64,000 nucleotides of DNA from Camelus ferus (Eukaryota): assembly GCF_009834535.1 (NCBI RefSeq), contig NC_045696.1:10976001-11040000 (forward strand), in the 5' to 3' direction. This document shows, piece by piece, positions 1 to 14,880 of this stretch. The notes below the pieces were generated by a model. That model saw only the letters and a program-made list of their open reading frames with translations. It ran no database searches and was not told the DNA's origin. Position 1 is the stretch's first letter, and every line of letters starts with the position of its first letter. Made by a program: the position numbers and the translations under genes.

Positions 1-981
1 AAAAGGTATAATTATAAAGGAGACTCTGGAATTTTTTTTTTTTAATTCTCCATGCTAGCAAAGAATAGCTTTCGTGTAAGTCCCTTGGCAATCAGATAGA
101 CTCAGTTTAGGTTTTCTTTTATATTATTTTAGTTTTTGATCCCTCTATAAGTATCTCCACTGATAGACAAAATAAAAGAAAACACAAGTGGTGGGGAGTT
201 AAGAAAAATGCAAGGCACAAGTTACGACTATATTCCAAATAAGAGAAATAGACTGGATAAGGATTATACATTGCCAGACTGACTCTGCCAGACTTCAAGG
301 CTAAAATTCATTCAGAGTAAAGACCAGTAACTTTTCTCAACACTTCTACCGTGATCTGTGATGAAGGAACTGTGCTGGCCTAGGAATCCTTGCAGTCTTT
401 GCATGCTGTGTTTACACTGGTTCTCCCTTCTATGCATTATCAGTATGAATTTTATTCTATAAAAGCTGATGTGACTTTATTCAGAGAGATGACTTGTTTT
501 TTAAATTTTAGTAACAGTTCAAGAGCAGCTCTACTTTTCTCATAGTCTTCTGACCTTAATTAGCCAAACTTACAGAACCAAATCCCCAAACTAAAGAAAT
601 TTAGTTATATATATTTAAATAAACTAGGTAAATATTTCTTTGCTCCAATGCATGCTGTTGCATAATTAGTTCTTTTAGGTGAACAAGGTAAACTTGTTTG
701 ATTTATAGGGACATTTTAATAAAATAATATCATTTAGCCAGAAAGAAATTCTTATTACGATAAGGGGGTGCTGAGTTGCTTGTAGATTTCACTGATGTGG
801 CACTTACTTTAGAAACTGAAATGGTGGGAAATAACACAGCTTAGTAAACTGTTGTGTTTTCAGAATCCAATCCCCCATAGTCCTATAACTGTATATTTTT
901 GGTTTCATTCTGGCAGTTCTTAAAATGTCACATAATAATTAATGTATTAACATACATATAAGATTTCCTTTGTTATTTTAG

Positions 982-1152
<171 letters not shown>

Positions 1153-3305
1153 TAATGTTGTAAAAGATCCTCTTTTTCCTTTTTTAATAAAGCTTTAAAT
1201 GGATTCTTTTTTAAATTGATAGGCTTTTTGTTTGTTTTTTAGGTATCTGTTTTAGAATTCTGTTTTATCATGCTTTTATGTCCTCTGACACTTCCTTCTA
1301 TATTGGATACTAATGACTGAGTGAAGGTAGCTATTTCCCTAGGTTTGGAGGGTGTATATGTATGACCTTTGGTTGTTTAGTGATAATCCACTAGACCTAC
1401 ATATGTACTGCTTACATTTTTAAAATGATTTTCACTTGCATGTCTGTTTTACTTTTCATAATGTTTATTTTGATTAAAAATATGATTTTTTAAAAAATCC
1501 TATCCATTAGTCCTTCTAATAAAAGGTTTTTTCTCACTTGTGTTTGTGTCCCCAGCACTTTAGATAGTTCATACTGTTGAATAGATGTGTGACAGATGCT
1601 GGATGGACAATAAACCAATGGGCAATTTATCCACTGTGGGTCCACTATGAACCCAATGCTATTAGGGCTTAAGTTATTTTTTTTTTTAATCTTATTTTGA
1701 AAAGGAGGCTGTCAAAATTGCAAACGAAGTGTGAGATCTGGACTTAATTATAATTCTGTGCCTTATCATTACTTTTTTATTGCTGGTATTACCTGCAAAC
1801 TACTTTCTACTCTACTGTTTGGCCCTTATTGAGGGACTTTGGATACATACTTAAGTTATTTTTCATTATTTTTTATACTTAATTATTGAATTTTTAAAGC
1901 TCCTGGCCTCAGTTGAATTTATTAATATTCTAAATCTTTACAATTTCTCAAATTACCCCAGGAATAGAAACAAGGACATTTACCACTTTTATAGTTTCTT
2001 ATTCAGCCTCTTCAGTGTAGCAGTTGGAATTCTTAAGGACCATTTATTATCTCCAAGTCTTCTTTTAACTTTCAGATCTTCCTCCTCTTCTGTCTCATAA
2101 AATGCTATGCCTCTGTTCAGAGGTATTGGCCTTGCCTGCAAAGTTCCTTTTGTTCAACTCAGAAATTTTTATTGACATTTACAAATATTTACTTCTTAAA
2201 TGGGCCCTTTGTTTGAAAAGCTGAAATAGTTAAACTTTCAAGTGTTCCTTCTGAATAGAGAACATAATTCTTGCTTTCAAACCTGGTTCTCTGCAGCTGT
2301 TGCCTAAAATACTCTTCTGTGCTCTGCCTTTTTGTCTCTGTAGTTGACTAAGACTGTGTATGTACAGAGGTTACATATATTTTCAATGGTCTTTCATCTC
2401 TAACAAAAGATAGGAAATTTTATGTATTAAATATACCAACCTGAATTGAACTAAAATCTAACATCTGAACTGCTCTTTCTTTTCCTTTCTCTGTGTTCCT
2501 TTTGATTAATTGCCTGATAATGTGAATGGTGAGTGTCTTTTCAAATGTCATTTGCATATGTTTTATGGAAGGAAGTAACATTTTAAACTTCAAATTACTA
2601 TTATTTCTTTAAAGAATAAGAATTACATATTGCAAACTAAGTTTTTTTTTTAATAATTATCAAAATCCATAAGATCAGAATATCTTCATAGTAACTAACA
2701 TGCCTGAGTAAAATATATGTTCATTAAAAGTAATAATCAACTCTCTCACTTTAGGAACTGGCATAAGTTTATGATTTTTATTATTTACATAGGCAACAAA
2801 ATGACCTAAAGTTACTAAATGTAGTTTATATGTTATAGGCTAGACCTTCATTTTCATATTCAGTTTTAGTTTTAACTAATACGAGCTATTTGGGGGCAAT
2901 TTCAATTTTATTTTTCTTCTATTAGAGTACTTTGAATTTTTTCTAAGAACACATAAGTGTGGTGTAGCCTCCTTTATGTCCCCTTCTTCTCCCCACCCAA
3001 CCCATCCATCCCCAAGTCTAAAAGATAGTGCAAGAAGTCATTTCCTTGTTTTAAATAAGTACATATCAGTTTATTTCCTTTATAGTAAACAATTTTAAAC
3101 TTTACTGCTCTGTAGATATCATTAGTGGATGCAGTGTGGCGCAGAGCTTCTTCCATCTCTGTGCAGAGCTGTTATCCAAAAGAGGAAAAGAAACAGTGAC
3201 ATCTTGAGGAATTTTAATGTGATGATTTGATATTCAAAATAGAATGATTAGGTCTTTTTTTATTACAATAAAGTCATATAAAACTAGGTTCAAAGTACCT
3301 ATTGA

Positions 3306-3605
<300 letters not shown>

Positions 3606-4725
3606 TAAATACTTTTTAGATTGAGTTGATTAAAATAGTTTTGGAAGGGATTTCTATCAATGTAATTTTCTAAAATTGTATTCTTCAGAGGAAGTTTATC
3701 TCTTCTAAGATGCTTGTATCATTAGAATTTTTAAGCCATAAACCAAGGCCTATGCATAATCTTTCATAGATTATGATTGAGGGGGTAAATGGTTTAGGTA
3801 TTGCTAGCTTAATATAAGACAGGATCTCCTAAAATATTCAGCTAGTACTTTTAGTATTTCAATGACCCAGTTATATAGAAAAACATCCCTATGTTGGTTA
3901 TTTTGCTAATCACCACACCAAAGGCTTCTGTAACTTGGTATTACTTTTTAAATGCTATTGTTTAAATAAGCATTAAATCATATTAATAATTTAAAATGTT
4001 GCTTATTATTGGACACTACCACTCCTAGTTTTAATATTTGACATAAGTATATGGCTTTTAGGATGGCTGTTGATTTTTCACTGTGTCTTTCATTAAAATC
4101 AAAGGAATTTGAGCTCAGATCAGTGAGCATATATTAAGTGGTATCATGGGAAAACTCAGTATTATGCATTGTAGAACTTAATAAATTAGACTTCCTTGGT
4201 TTTATGTTTTTTTCTATTTTAACTTTTCAGCACTCTGAACATTTTCATTTCTTCTGTTATCCCCCAAACCAAACTTTTCAATTACCCCTGTTCAAGCAGG
4301 AGAAATTGTTTCTCATCAAATAATGTACTCTTGGGTGATTCCTTGGTCAAATAGGTTATCATGGATTCTTTCAGAATTCCACTTGGGGCTGGAGGTAGTT
4401 AATTATAGTCACCTCCTCAGGGATCTGTGGGTAGGCTGGGGGACTGAAACCTGCTAAAGCTCTGAAGACCAGAATCCGATCTTAGCAACCGCTTTTAACT
4501 TCAGGCTTCCTCCTGGCTTCCAGCAGTAGACACTCACTGATTTGCATCTTCTCACCTCTTTCCACCTGTGCTACTTTGATGTGGAAGCATTAATCAGCAA
4601 CAACTGAAAGTAAGCCGTTGAAGGAAAGAAAAGAAGTGAGGGCCCTGAGTAATTCTCAGACTTGATCATCAGTTTTTTAGTTTCCTGCACATTTTACTCT
4701 ATGAAAAATACACCTTTAAAAAAAG

Positions 4726-5335
4726 CACAGTTCTACTATAACGCTTTTTCTGAGAATGGGAGTTTGTTCCCACATGGATGCCATATCAGGGAACATTCTG
4801 AGCATAATGCCAATTCTGCATCAGTTTATGCATGATTTCACTGGCAATAATGCTAGGTAAATGCAGAAAAGTGCACCCAGCAGAACTGAGTTGGGTAGAC
4901 ATATACAAGACACATGTACACGTGTACGTACACCTCAGACACCCCTCTCCCTCAGTCCACCAGATGTGTGATGAGCCATATTCATCCATATCTGGTGTTA
5001 CAGCTTACCGTCCAACTTCAGAGACCTTTTCTTCCAGGATTCACAATTACAAGCACAGGCCTCCTGATGCCCATTTCTATAAGAAAACTTCATGACTTTT
5101 TTAAGATAAAGTACCATATTTTCTACATATTCAATATTTCTTAACCATGTAACATGCAAAATTCTGCTACAGTTTTTATATTCGGTGCCTATCTTTTTTG
5201 GCACGTAATTGCCGAAGTGTTTTGAGTGTTGTTCCCAAACCCTATTTTTGCCATAAGCCCTGTGGCTGTGTGAATTTGCACCATTTTGCAGAGCACAGTG
5301 ATTTTGCTGGAATGCATATGTTTTGTTATAACTGA
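4726..5335. mobile_element. Ancient Tigger-family DNA transposon relic (Tigger13a-like)
   Basis: ends cacagttctactataacg... and ...gttataactgattgtg resemble recalled termini; subfamily uncertain. Confidence 0.45.
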
Positions 5336-5771
5336 TTGTGCTTACCAACTGGTGAATCCCAGAAAGACTACTGAAAGGTATATGTTACGGCAGTATCTCC
5401 ATATTTCAATGTCCTCCAGCCTCTTAGGGTTTCAGATTCATATTCTCCCTTACAAGTATGTGCACATGCACACACATACATACACACAGAGAAGCCTGGG
5501 CAGCAGGCCTAGCACCTTCTGATTGTGAAACTCTGGACATCCCTGAGTCACTGTCGGCTTTTTCTTAGATGCAGAGGGTTTGCATCAGTTATTGTCATTT
5601 ATTTTTATCTTTGATGTCCTATTGCCATCAGAAGAAAAGAAAGTCATTGAACTAAATCAAAAGGAAAAAAGTGAGACCGTCTGAGACTGTTTTGTCATTA
5701 ACACTCTAGACTTCAACTGTAACTTGCTGTTTCACTAATGATTCTTTGTTTTCTTCCTGACGCATCCGTAG

Positions 5772-5795
5772 TTTCTGAACAGACATTACAGTCAG
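5772..5795 (+). CDS. SYNJ1: SYNJ1 24-nt microexon (VSEQTLQS)
   Basis: ccgtag|TTTCTGAACAGACATTACAGTCAG|gtacag; phase 1-1; supplies the VSEQTLQS segment between SLR and ASSK. Confidence 0.9.
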
Positions 5796-7514
5796 GTACA
5801 GTATAGAAAAATCAATCTATAAATAAAAGCAACTTTATTTTTTTAAGTTGATGTTGTATATAAATAAAGCTGTAAATAAATGGAAACTTTCTCTTATTTT
5901 GCCTTCAGATCCTAACAGGATAAATTGATACCATGTTTTAATCTGAGAAAAAAAATTTGTTTGAGAAAACTGAGTAGCTCATTTAGAAGGAAATATGCAG
6001 TGCTCTTTGTCTTCCTGTAGCAAATGCTTCATTCCAGTTAAATATAGCTCATGGAGTTTTAATTTCACTTTATATTTCATTGAACAAACATTAGTAGTGT
6101 TATATCTTATTCCTAATAGGATAATGGAAAAAACCCATATGTGACTCTTTTGGATTAATGTCCGAGTACTCTTTGTGAGATTTATGGCTCAGCAGTCTCT
6201 TTCACATGTAATATTTTAAAAGGTATTGATTCATTTTCTCATATTGTGGATGAGATATTTTCTGTAACTATAAGACCAGCACGAAAATAAGATCTGAACT
6301 CTTTTAAAAAGCATTAAGATTGCTGACAAATTTAGAAGAGTTAAGTGTATAAGACCTAAGGGTCATTATTTTTCTTTCCTTTCCTGTTCTTAGGGATCTC
6401 ACGCCTTCATTCTCTGGACAAGATTTATGAGCTTGTCTTTAAACTTGAATCTGTGGCAAAAGGGGCCAAAGCTAAACTCTTGTCTGAAATTTAACCAAAA
6501 AGTCATCTTTCCTTCAGTTAAGATTTGGTATCACTTAAGATTTATTTCACTTAGTTGTTGTTCTGAATGTTTCGAGAAACTATTGGTGATTTTTTTTTTT
6601 TTGAGAAGGTTGTAAAAGAGAGCACTTGGATATATTTTTAAGTTACACATAAAATACATTTTCTAAAATGATTCGGTATTTAGGGATGGACATCTGTTTG
6701 AACACAGACTCATTTCGTTCTGCACGTTTAGATGCCAACCGATTAAGAATGAACTAGGAATTTAAAAAAATTTTTATCCCATTTGTAAACTGACTTTAGT
6801 AGTTCACACAATGTGGCAATGTATTTTTGTTCACACAACTCATTATTTGTCTTGCTGACTTATTTTAAGCTGTTAACTCATAGAACTTATGTTTTGATGT
6901 AGAAAGGATCATAGAAGCTGTTTTTGTAGCAGTAACAATGGCAATGACTTCAGTTATAAAGACCAGTGATAAGTCGTAGTGATAGGGAATGATTCTTTAT
7001 CGAGGTACAGCCAGCCTTCAGTTAACGATTTCAATAGACCGGAACAAATAATCTACTTCCATTCCCACTGGACACCTCTACACAAGTAATCTAATCAAAT
7101 AGCAAGAGGGCTAGAAATCTGCATGTCTGTCCCTGGGAGCAGTAGGGGGATGTGCTTGTCATCTAAATCAGCAGTTCTTTCATGGGATTCACAGGTCATA
7201 CGATTTTCATTCTAATCCTGCAATGTTATTTGCGTTTTTCACTCGTTCTCTCTCAAGACTGCTTGCTGTGCCTTGGTATCCAAAAATAATATCATAATAA
7301 AATAAGATCATTTGGTGAAAGATGAGAATCATTTATACTTCCTTTTCCTCTGACCAATTAACTGCCAATTAAAGGCTTATTTTCTGTCTTTAGGTTGAGG
7401 TCTTGTTAAGGTTCTGTTTACTTTAAGTGCCAAGAAAAAAGATACGTGGAAGTCAAAAAATAGGCAGGGAAGAGATTGAGGATTCAAAATGTGTTGAACA
7501 TTTTTTCATGTAAC

Positions 7515-7965
7515 CATCATTTATTGAGCATTTACTGTGTACGAGGCACTCTTCTAGTCCCTAGGGATATGGCAGCAAATAAAATAGACCAACACTTCTG
7601 CCCTTAGGTAGGTTCTGTTCTTGTGAGGAGGGAAGACAGATCAGTCACAGGATAAATAAATAAAATACATAATTTGTACAAGGCGATAAATGCTGTAGAG
7701 AAAAATAGCACAAGGAGGGGCTATGGAAGATAAGAGACAGAATGCGGATTTGAATCAGGTGGTCAGGAAAGTCAGGACCTGAAGTGGGTGAGGGAAGAAT
7801 GTTGCAGGCAGTGTGAAGGAGGGTCCAAAGGCTGAGCAGTGAGTGAACAGGGATGGAGTGACAGATGAGGGCAGAAAGGCAGGGCAGGTTTTCTAGGACC
7901 TTGTAGAACGTCCTCAAGGACTTGGTGTCTCCTCTGTGATGGGAAGCATTTAGTAGTGACTTCAT
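7515..7965 (-). mobile_element. L2 LINE 3' fragment
   Basis: catttattgagcatttactgtgt...ggcact signature followed by purine-rich L2 body. Confidence 0.7.
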
Positions 7966-8505
7966 TCTCTGTCATCTCATTATTGTCCATAATTTGTATT
8001 TTTGTCAGGGAGCTGTAATTCATCAAACCACCTGTCACTAGCTTAGCTAAAATCCTAAATGTAATAGTTCTTGAGTGTTTTTGTTTGGGGAGGAATAAAA
8101 TTTGTTTTACCAGCCCTTGAATGAAAGTTGTATGAAAGTCAGTTGCTATATTCCTAAAAATGTGCAGTGTCTAATTCTGTATAGCATAAAATAATGTACT
8201 GTTTCATTGAAACAGGACTGTTTGTTCTGCACGTTTTATGTTCCTGCAATAATTTTGTAATTGTTTTTTTCCTTTGCCTGTTGTATTTAATGAGTTGATT
8301 TTTTTTTTCAATTGTGTTGGTTAATGGCATCGTGCTGGGCTCTGTGTTCAAGGTTAATCCTTTTTTGTGTGCCTGTGCATGTATCCAAGGCTCGTTTGTG
8401 CTGACAGTGATGATTGTACTTTACAGCCATCATTTCTGAGTTAATGAAAATCAGTTGCTATCGGTGGTTTAATGCAGCCAAAATGCTGTTGTATTTTGTT
8501 TTTGA

Positions 8506-8724
<219 letters not shown>

Positions 8725-9569
8725 TAATTACTCAATTCTGACTATGAATTATTAACCTATAAAGCAAATGTGGCACTTCACAACATGCATTACTTTACAG
8801 AAGAAACTGGGATTTATACATTTGAAGACCAGTGTTTTTACAGATCAGATCTCTTAAAATCTTAGCTCTTTTGTATTCCTAGACCTTTATCTGCTACTTC
8901 ATAAGAAGACATCATGGGAAAATAAAAAAAAACTTTCTCTTTGATGTTTGATTGTCAGGAATTGGGATCCATATATAAATAGGTATCTTTAAGATAACCA
9001 CATGGATGAGAAATGCTAGTTCTGTTTTTATTCTTCTAAATTGATACAAAGCAAGCTTATTTTGTAATTGATAATTTTTCAAATCCAGTATGTTCCACTT
9101 TTCAAATACAGTCCTGTGCTTACTAAGATAAGAGTAGTCAGGGTGGATCACAAGCAGTTTTACAGAACTTGTTTTGACATTTGTTGGCCCTTTATACTTA
9201 ACAGTGCTGATTTATCCTTGTAAAAACTTGCTTGTCATTCAGTTTGGGGACTCCGCCACCAAGCTCTTAGTAGCCAGAAACAAGGATTAAGCTAAGGACG
9301 CTTTTATTAAGATTTTGATTAGAATCATGAATTTGAGGCCTTCCTTTTTTGAAGTCAGCTTTAATTCCTTTTTAAAATGGTACATATTTGCCAAGTTTTG
9401 TTTATAAAGGTGATGTGCCTAGGAAATATCACGAGAGACACATTTTCCCTTTTGAGTTATCTTTAACCAGTCACACCCTAAACCCTGGGACTTTTCCCTA
9501 AACTTTTTAAAAAATGCCCCTTTTCTTTTACATTGAACCTAACTTGAAATTGTAGTTGTAGTAGTAATA

Positions 9570-9960
9570 ATAGCAATAATAAAATAACAGCTAACACTAC
9601 AGTTCTAAGTACTTTACATCTATTTATGTAATCCTTATCACAGACCTAATACACAGTTACAGTCACTGTTATTATTCCAGTTTCACAGATGAAGAAACTG
9701 AGGCACAGTAAGAGATGTGACCTGCCCAAGGTTCACATCCTAGTGGCAGAGCTAGGATTTGAACTCAGGCAGTTTGGTTCCAGAGTTGTGCCATGCTGCA
9801 TTTTATGTCTGAACTTTGGCTAGTTGCTTGGCTTCTTCAAAGCCTTAGTTTCCTGTCTGTAAGTAAAAGGCAGATAAAATCAGTCTCACAGGATGTTTGT
9901 GTGGTAAATGAGAAGATTCATATATAAGCCTTGCACATAATAGCAGTCAATAAATATTTT
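9570..9960. mobile_element. Two MIR SINE fragments in opposite orientation
   Basis: cagatgaagaaactgaggcacag...ggatttgaactcaggcagt core, then gccttagtttcctgtctgtaa. Confidence 0.7.
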
Positions 9961-10597
9961 TATCTTCGTATTTTTCAGAATTCACTCATAGTACTTATAG
10001 GCTCTCCCTCTAGCTATTTTTTCTCATTTCTGAATCCTTGGGCCACCAAAGTCCCCCAGGCTTGCTTATCTAAAGCAGCTTCTGTTCTTTTTGGTCTTGT
10101 CAGCTCTGAGACAGCTAATGGCTAGAACAGACCAATCAGCCTAAACCCCTGACTCTTCTCATTTTCCTAGATTTCTTCCCCCTAGGAATTTCCAAATTTA
10201 AGTGTAAAAAATCTCTCAACTGTTTTCTCTAGTTTGAGATGGTTACCCAACCACTTTATTGTTTGTGCCTTTCCTGAAAAATGTCTTTACCTCACCAGTT
10301 TGATTCACTTTAACCTTTGAGAAGTGGCTTGTTTCTCTGCTGTCCATGGTAGAAACTTCAGCAAGAGTTCTTGCAAAATGCTTTCTGAAAGGACTTAAGG
10401 ATCTTTAAGAATAACAAACTTAAAGAAGCAAACTTAGGACACCTAAATAGAAAGTATATTTAAAGTAATTTTGTCCCCTTCATGGATTTTTGCCTTTGAT
10501 TTGAATTTGGTTAAACTTGAAACACAAAAATGGACTTTTATGAGATCTGATGTTGATCTTAGTTGTGTTGGGGATAGGGGAGTTGCCATTTAACTAA

Positions 10598-10723
<126 letters not shown>

Positions 10724-10848
10724 TAAGCCAGCTGGGTAACACACAGGAAATTTTTCTAGTTGAGAGACACAGAGGGCAGGTAACTAAGTACTTGTTACAA
10801 GGATAGATTGAGATAATTTACAGAATGGTGCTATTTAAACTGTAAAAT

Positions 10849-12159
10849 AGCAGTTCTCAGACCTTTTGGTTTCAGGTCTTTCTACACACTAAAAAATATT
10901 GAAAATCTGGAAGAGCCACATTAGAAATTAAAAGTCAAAATTTTGACACTTAATTCATTGAAAAATAACAATAATAAACTCATAACATGTTAACATAACT
11001 AACACTTTTTTTTTTCCTGAAAAGTAACTATTTTCCAAAACAAAATTTACTGAGAAGGATAGCACTCATTCAGTTTTGCAAAATCTCTTTGGTATCTGGC
11101 TTAAGACAGCTGGATTCTCACATCTGCTTTTGCATTGCTCTGTGACAAGATGTTGTTTTCTTTGAAGTATATGAAGAAGATCACATAAATATGTAGTTGG
11201 AAGCCGAAATATTTTAATCGCCTTTTCAGATCATTTTTTCTCTGATACTGCTTAACAAAGAGCAGTTTCTGAAAGCTTAGTTGCACTGGGGAGTCTGAAA
11301 CCATAGCAATGAACTTTTTCTGCACTATTGTACTAAAACACTGGTCCATCTTTTACCCTTGGATGATTTTGAAACATCGTGTATTGGTCATTTGGAACAT
11401 ATTAGTTCACTGAATTATGTAGGTCTTTCAAATTTTGACACATTTCATTATATAGTATCAAAACATCATACTGGTTAATTTCCTCACTGATCTCATCAGC
11501 AGATTCTTCAAGTATTTGGAAGCTTTCAAGATCATAGTAGCAGAAGCAGATTTTTCAAAATTCTCATTTTTGCTTGAAAACATGAATTTTATCATTGGAA
11601 ATAAATACTATTGGTTGTTTCGCTCGAAAAGACAGTGTTGGTTAAAAAAAAGTTTGCCAAATAACCTAAATCTGAATAACTATAGCCTGTCTGTCATTAA
11701 TTCCTTCAAGTAAAAATTGTATTCCACGAAAAAAAAGTGGCATTTTAGCTCTGAACTCAGACTGTCGAGTGTTTTCCTCTGAAACAACCATCGTGTGTGC
11801 ATTCAGTATGCAGCAGAAGTGCTTGGTGTGTTTTTCCCGTTCATCACACAGAATATAAAAAGATGGGACTTTGATTGAGCTTTGATAAAATTAATGATGT
11901 TTACTGCTTCATCAGGATATTCTGAGATGAAATGGCATTTTTTTAAACTGCGAGTGTGTGGCAGTAAAGGTTAAGGAATATTAGTAGTACAGTTTGGTGC
12001 CTGGTTTCATGGTAAGGCGTCAGCACTTTTACTCGTTTTTGCACCATCATGCAAATGTCAGGCAACACAGTGAAAGCGGCAAAACAATGTGTTAGTGGAG
12101 TTCTGTCCTTGTAGGTTTTGGGGATCACCAGTTCCTAGACCACACTTTGAGAACTGCTG
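10849..12159. mobile_element. Charlie1-family (hAT) non-autonomous DNA transposon
   Basis: terminal inverted repeats agcagttctca (10849) and tgagaactgct (12148); interior resembles recalled Charlie1a/b. Confidence 0.7.
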
Positions 12160-12269
12160 TTCTGAAGCCTTATTACAAATACAAATTATTTTAGTGAAAT
12201 TTAAAGCTTAAGTTTTATTTTAAGAAAGGATACTTGCCCTGAAAGTTTAGTAGTTGCCCATTTTTGTGA

Positions 12270-12900
12270 TTTTTTTTTATATTCAGGGGTCTTTTATTTT
12301 TTTATTTTTTTTGCGGGGGGATATGATCTTTTTTTTTTAACATTTTTTTGTTGAGTTATAGTCATTTTACAATGCTGTGTCAAATTCCAGTGTAGAGCAC
12401 AATTTTTAAGTTATACATGAACATACATATATTCACTGTCACATTTTTTTTCACTGTGAGCTACCACAAGATCTTGTATATATTTCCATGTCCTATACAG
12501 TATTAATCTTGTTTATCTATTCTACAATTTTGAACTCCCATTTTGTCCCTTCCCTCCCCCCGCTCCCCTGGCAACCACAAGTTTGTATTCTATGTCTATG
12601 AGTCTGTTTCTGTTTTGTATTTATGTTCCTTTTTTTTAGATTCCACATATATGAGCAATCTCATATGGTATTTTTCTTTCTCTTTCTCTTTCTGGCTTAC
12701 TTCACTTAGAATGACATTCTCCAGGAGCATCCATGTTGCTGCAAATGGCCTTATGTTGTCATTTTTATGGCTAAATAGTATTCCATTGTATAAATATACC
12801 ACATCTTCTTTAACCCTTCAAAAAGACACCTGCACCCCAATGTTCATAGCAGCACTATTTACAATAGCCAAGACATGGAAACAGCCTAAATGTCCATTGA
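12270..12900 (-). mobile_element. Young L1 3' end with 5' inversion
   Basis: poly-T, L1 3' UTR and ORF2 C-terminus (ORF 12596..12802, FAATWMLLENVILSEVSQ), inverted piece [28 protein letters not shown] catttttgtga. Confidence 0.88.
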
Positions 12901-13689
12901 CATTTTTGTGACTTTTTTAAAAAAGTTTTCAAAATTAAATTATGGGCAGAAATCATATGGTATATAACCATCAATCTTGTGAATGAAAACTTTTTCTTAG
13001 CAAAAGTGAACAATTTATATAGGGAAGTAGAAAAGAAATCCATCTTCATTCATTTTGCTGTTTGAATATCTTTCCTGAAAATGCATATTCAGATCTTAAA
13101 ATAGAACATACTCTTAGGTTTCCCAGTACCAAACAAATTGTTCAGTTGTTTGTTTAAGTAGAGATTAATCAAATTATCCTTTAATAAAAGTAGTAATTAC
13201 TCATTCATGTATTTAATCGATATCTATTGAGCACCTATATTAGGTGCTAAAGATACATCACTAAATAAAACACAAAAACCCTGACCTGCATGGACCTTCT
13301 TTTCTGATAGAAGAGACAGACAATAAACAACTCTAGTAAGTATATTACATAGCATGTGGAGGTGGGGAGATGTGTGCAGTTTTGAGTGGGATGATTAGGA
13401 TTCATGGAGAAGATGACTTGGGAAGTGAGCTGAAGAAAGGGCGAAAGCTGTCATTTTCTTTTCAGAATCCAGGTCGTGGTGGGTGGAGTCATGGTGGGTA
13501 GAGAATCCATGCGCTGAATTTGTATTTTGGTGGTAGCATGGCGTAGTGTGACGTAGATTAGATGGATGGGTGTGAGATCATAGTCTGGCTTACCATTTAT
13601 CCTTTGTATGACCTGGAACTATGAGAAAAACTCTTGCTCACCATTGGAGGTTCTTGGGCACAAACTTATTACTCTGAAAATGCCTAGAT

Positions 13690-14880
13690 AGAATGGCTCA
13701 AGCGTTTATGCTAACTGTGTTTCAAAATAACTGAATCATTGATTAGAGAAAAGTTCTTTATAGTTGAATTCCAACTTATTACAAATGCCCATGGAATGCT
13801 GAAATTATAAAGTCAACATTTTGTAACCCCTAATGACATAATGGGTCTAGGCAGTGATCACCAGTAAGTGTTAAAACCTTAGAAGAAGGATCAATAGGGG
13901 AACTTTTTATTATAAAGAGGTGATTGTATATAAAGTATTATATATAAAATAGATAAACAACAAAGTCCTACTATATAGAAGGGAACTATATTCAATATCT
14001 TGTAATAACCTATAATGAAAAAGAATATGAAAAAGAATATATACGTGTAACTGTGTCACTTCACTGTACACCAGAAACTAACAAAACATTGTAAATCAAC
14101 TGTACGTCAATTTAAAAAAAAAAGTTGATTGTCACAGTCTGAACAGCTGATCGGGTGTAATATCAGAGAGTATGTACTTCTGCTGTGATGCAAGGGTGAC
14201 TATACCACCTATGAGATTATTTTTTTGCCAAAACAAATAAATAAAATGGACTATTTATTAATCAAGCTTCTATATTAACCAGTTTAAAACAAATCTGACA
14301 ATTAGAGGATCAAGTTAAGGTACCATGAAGACGCATTAGACAAATCCAGACTGTTAAACATTTTACAGACAGATAGCCTAGCTTCTAAAAAAGTAAATGC
14401 CTTAAAAAGGGGGTGGAGTGTAAAAAAAAAAAAAATAGAGGTGCTAGGGAGGGCTGAGGGACTATTAAAGATTAAGAGAGATTCAAGAGACAACAAGCAA
14501 ATGCAATGTATGGGCCTTATTTGGACCCTGTTTTAAATAAACCAGTTGTAAGAAGACTTTTTTTAGATAATCAGGGAAATTTAAATATGAACTGAGTATC
14601 AGATGATATTATGGAATTGTTAACATTTGATTGTGATAATGGCACTGTGCTTATGTGAAAGGTACATACTAAGGTGTTTCTGGGTGAAATGGCCTGTATC
14701 TTAGATTTGGTTTAAAATATTCCAAGTTAAAATAAAAAGGTGGGGGGAGGAGTATGGATGAAAAAAATCTGCAAAATGTTAATAATTGTTGAAGCTGGGT
14801 AATGGGCATATGGTGGTTTATTTTATGATTATCACTTTTTGTGTATATGTTTAAAATTTTCCATAATAACTTTTTTTAAG
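13690..14880 (+). mobile_element. Old L1M (L1MC4-like) 3' fragment with a younger L1 3' end nested at ~13928-14122
   Basis: aaaatgttaataattgttgaagctggg...aaaattttccataataa end; nested piece aaatagataaacaacaa...tgtaaatcaac plus poly-A. Confidence 0.65.
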
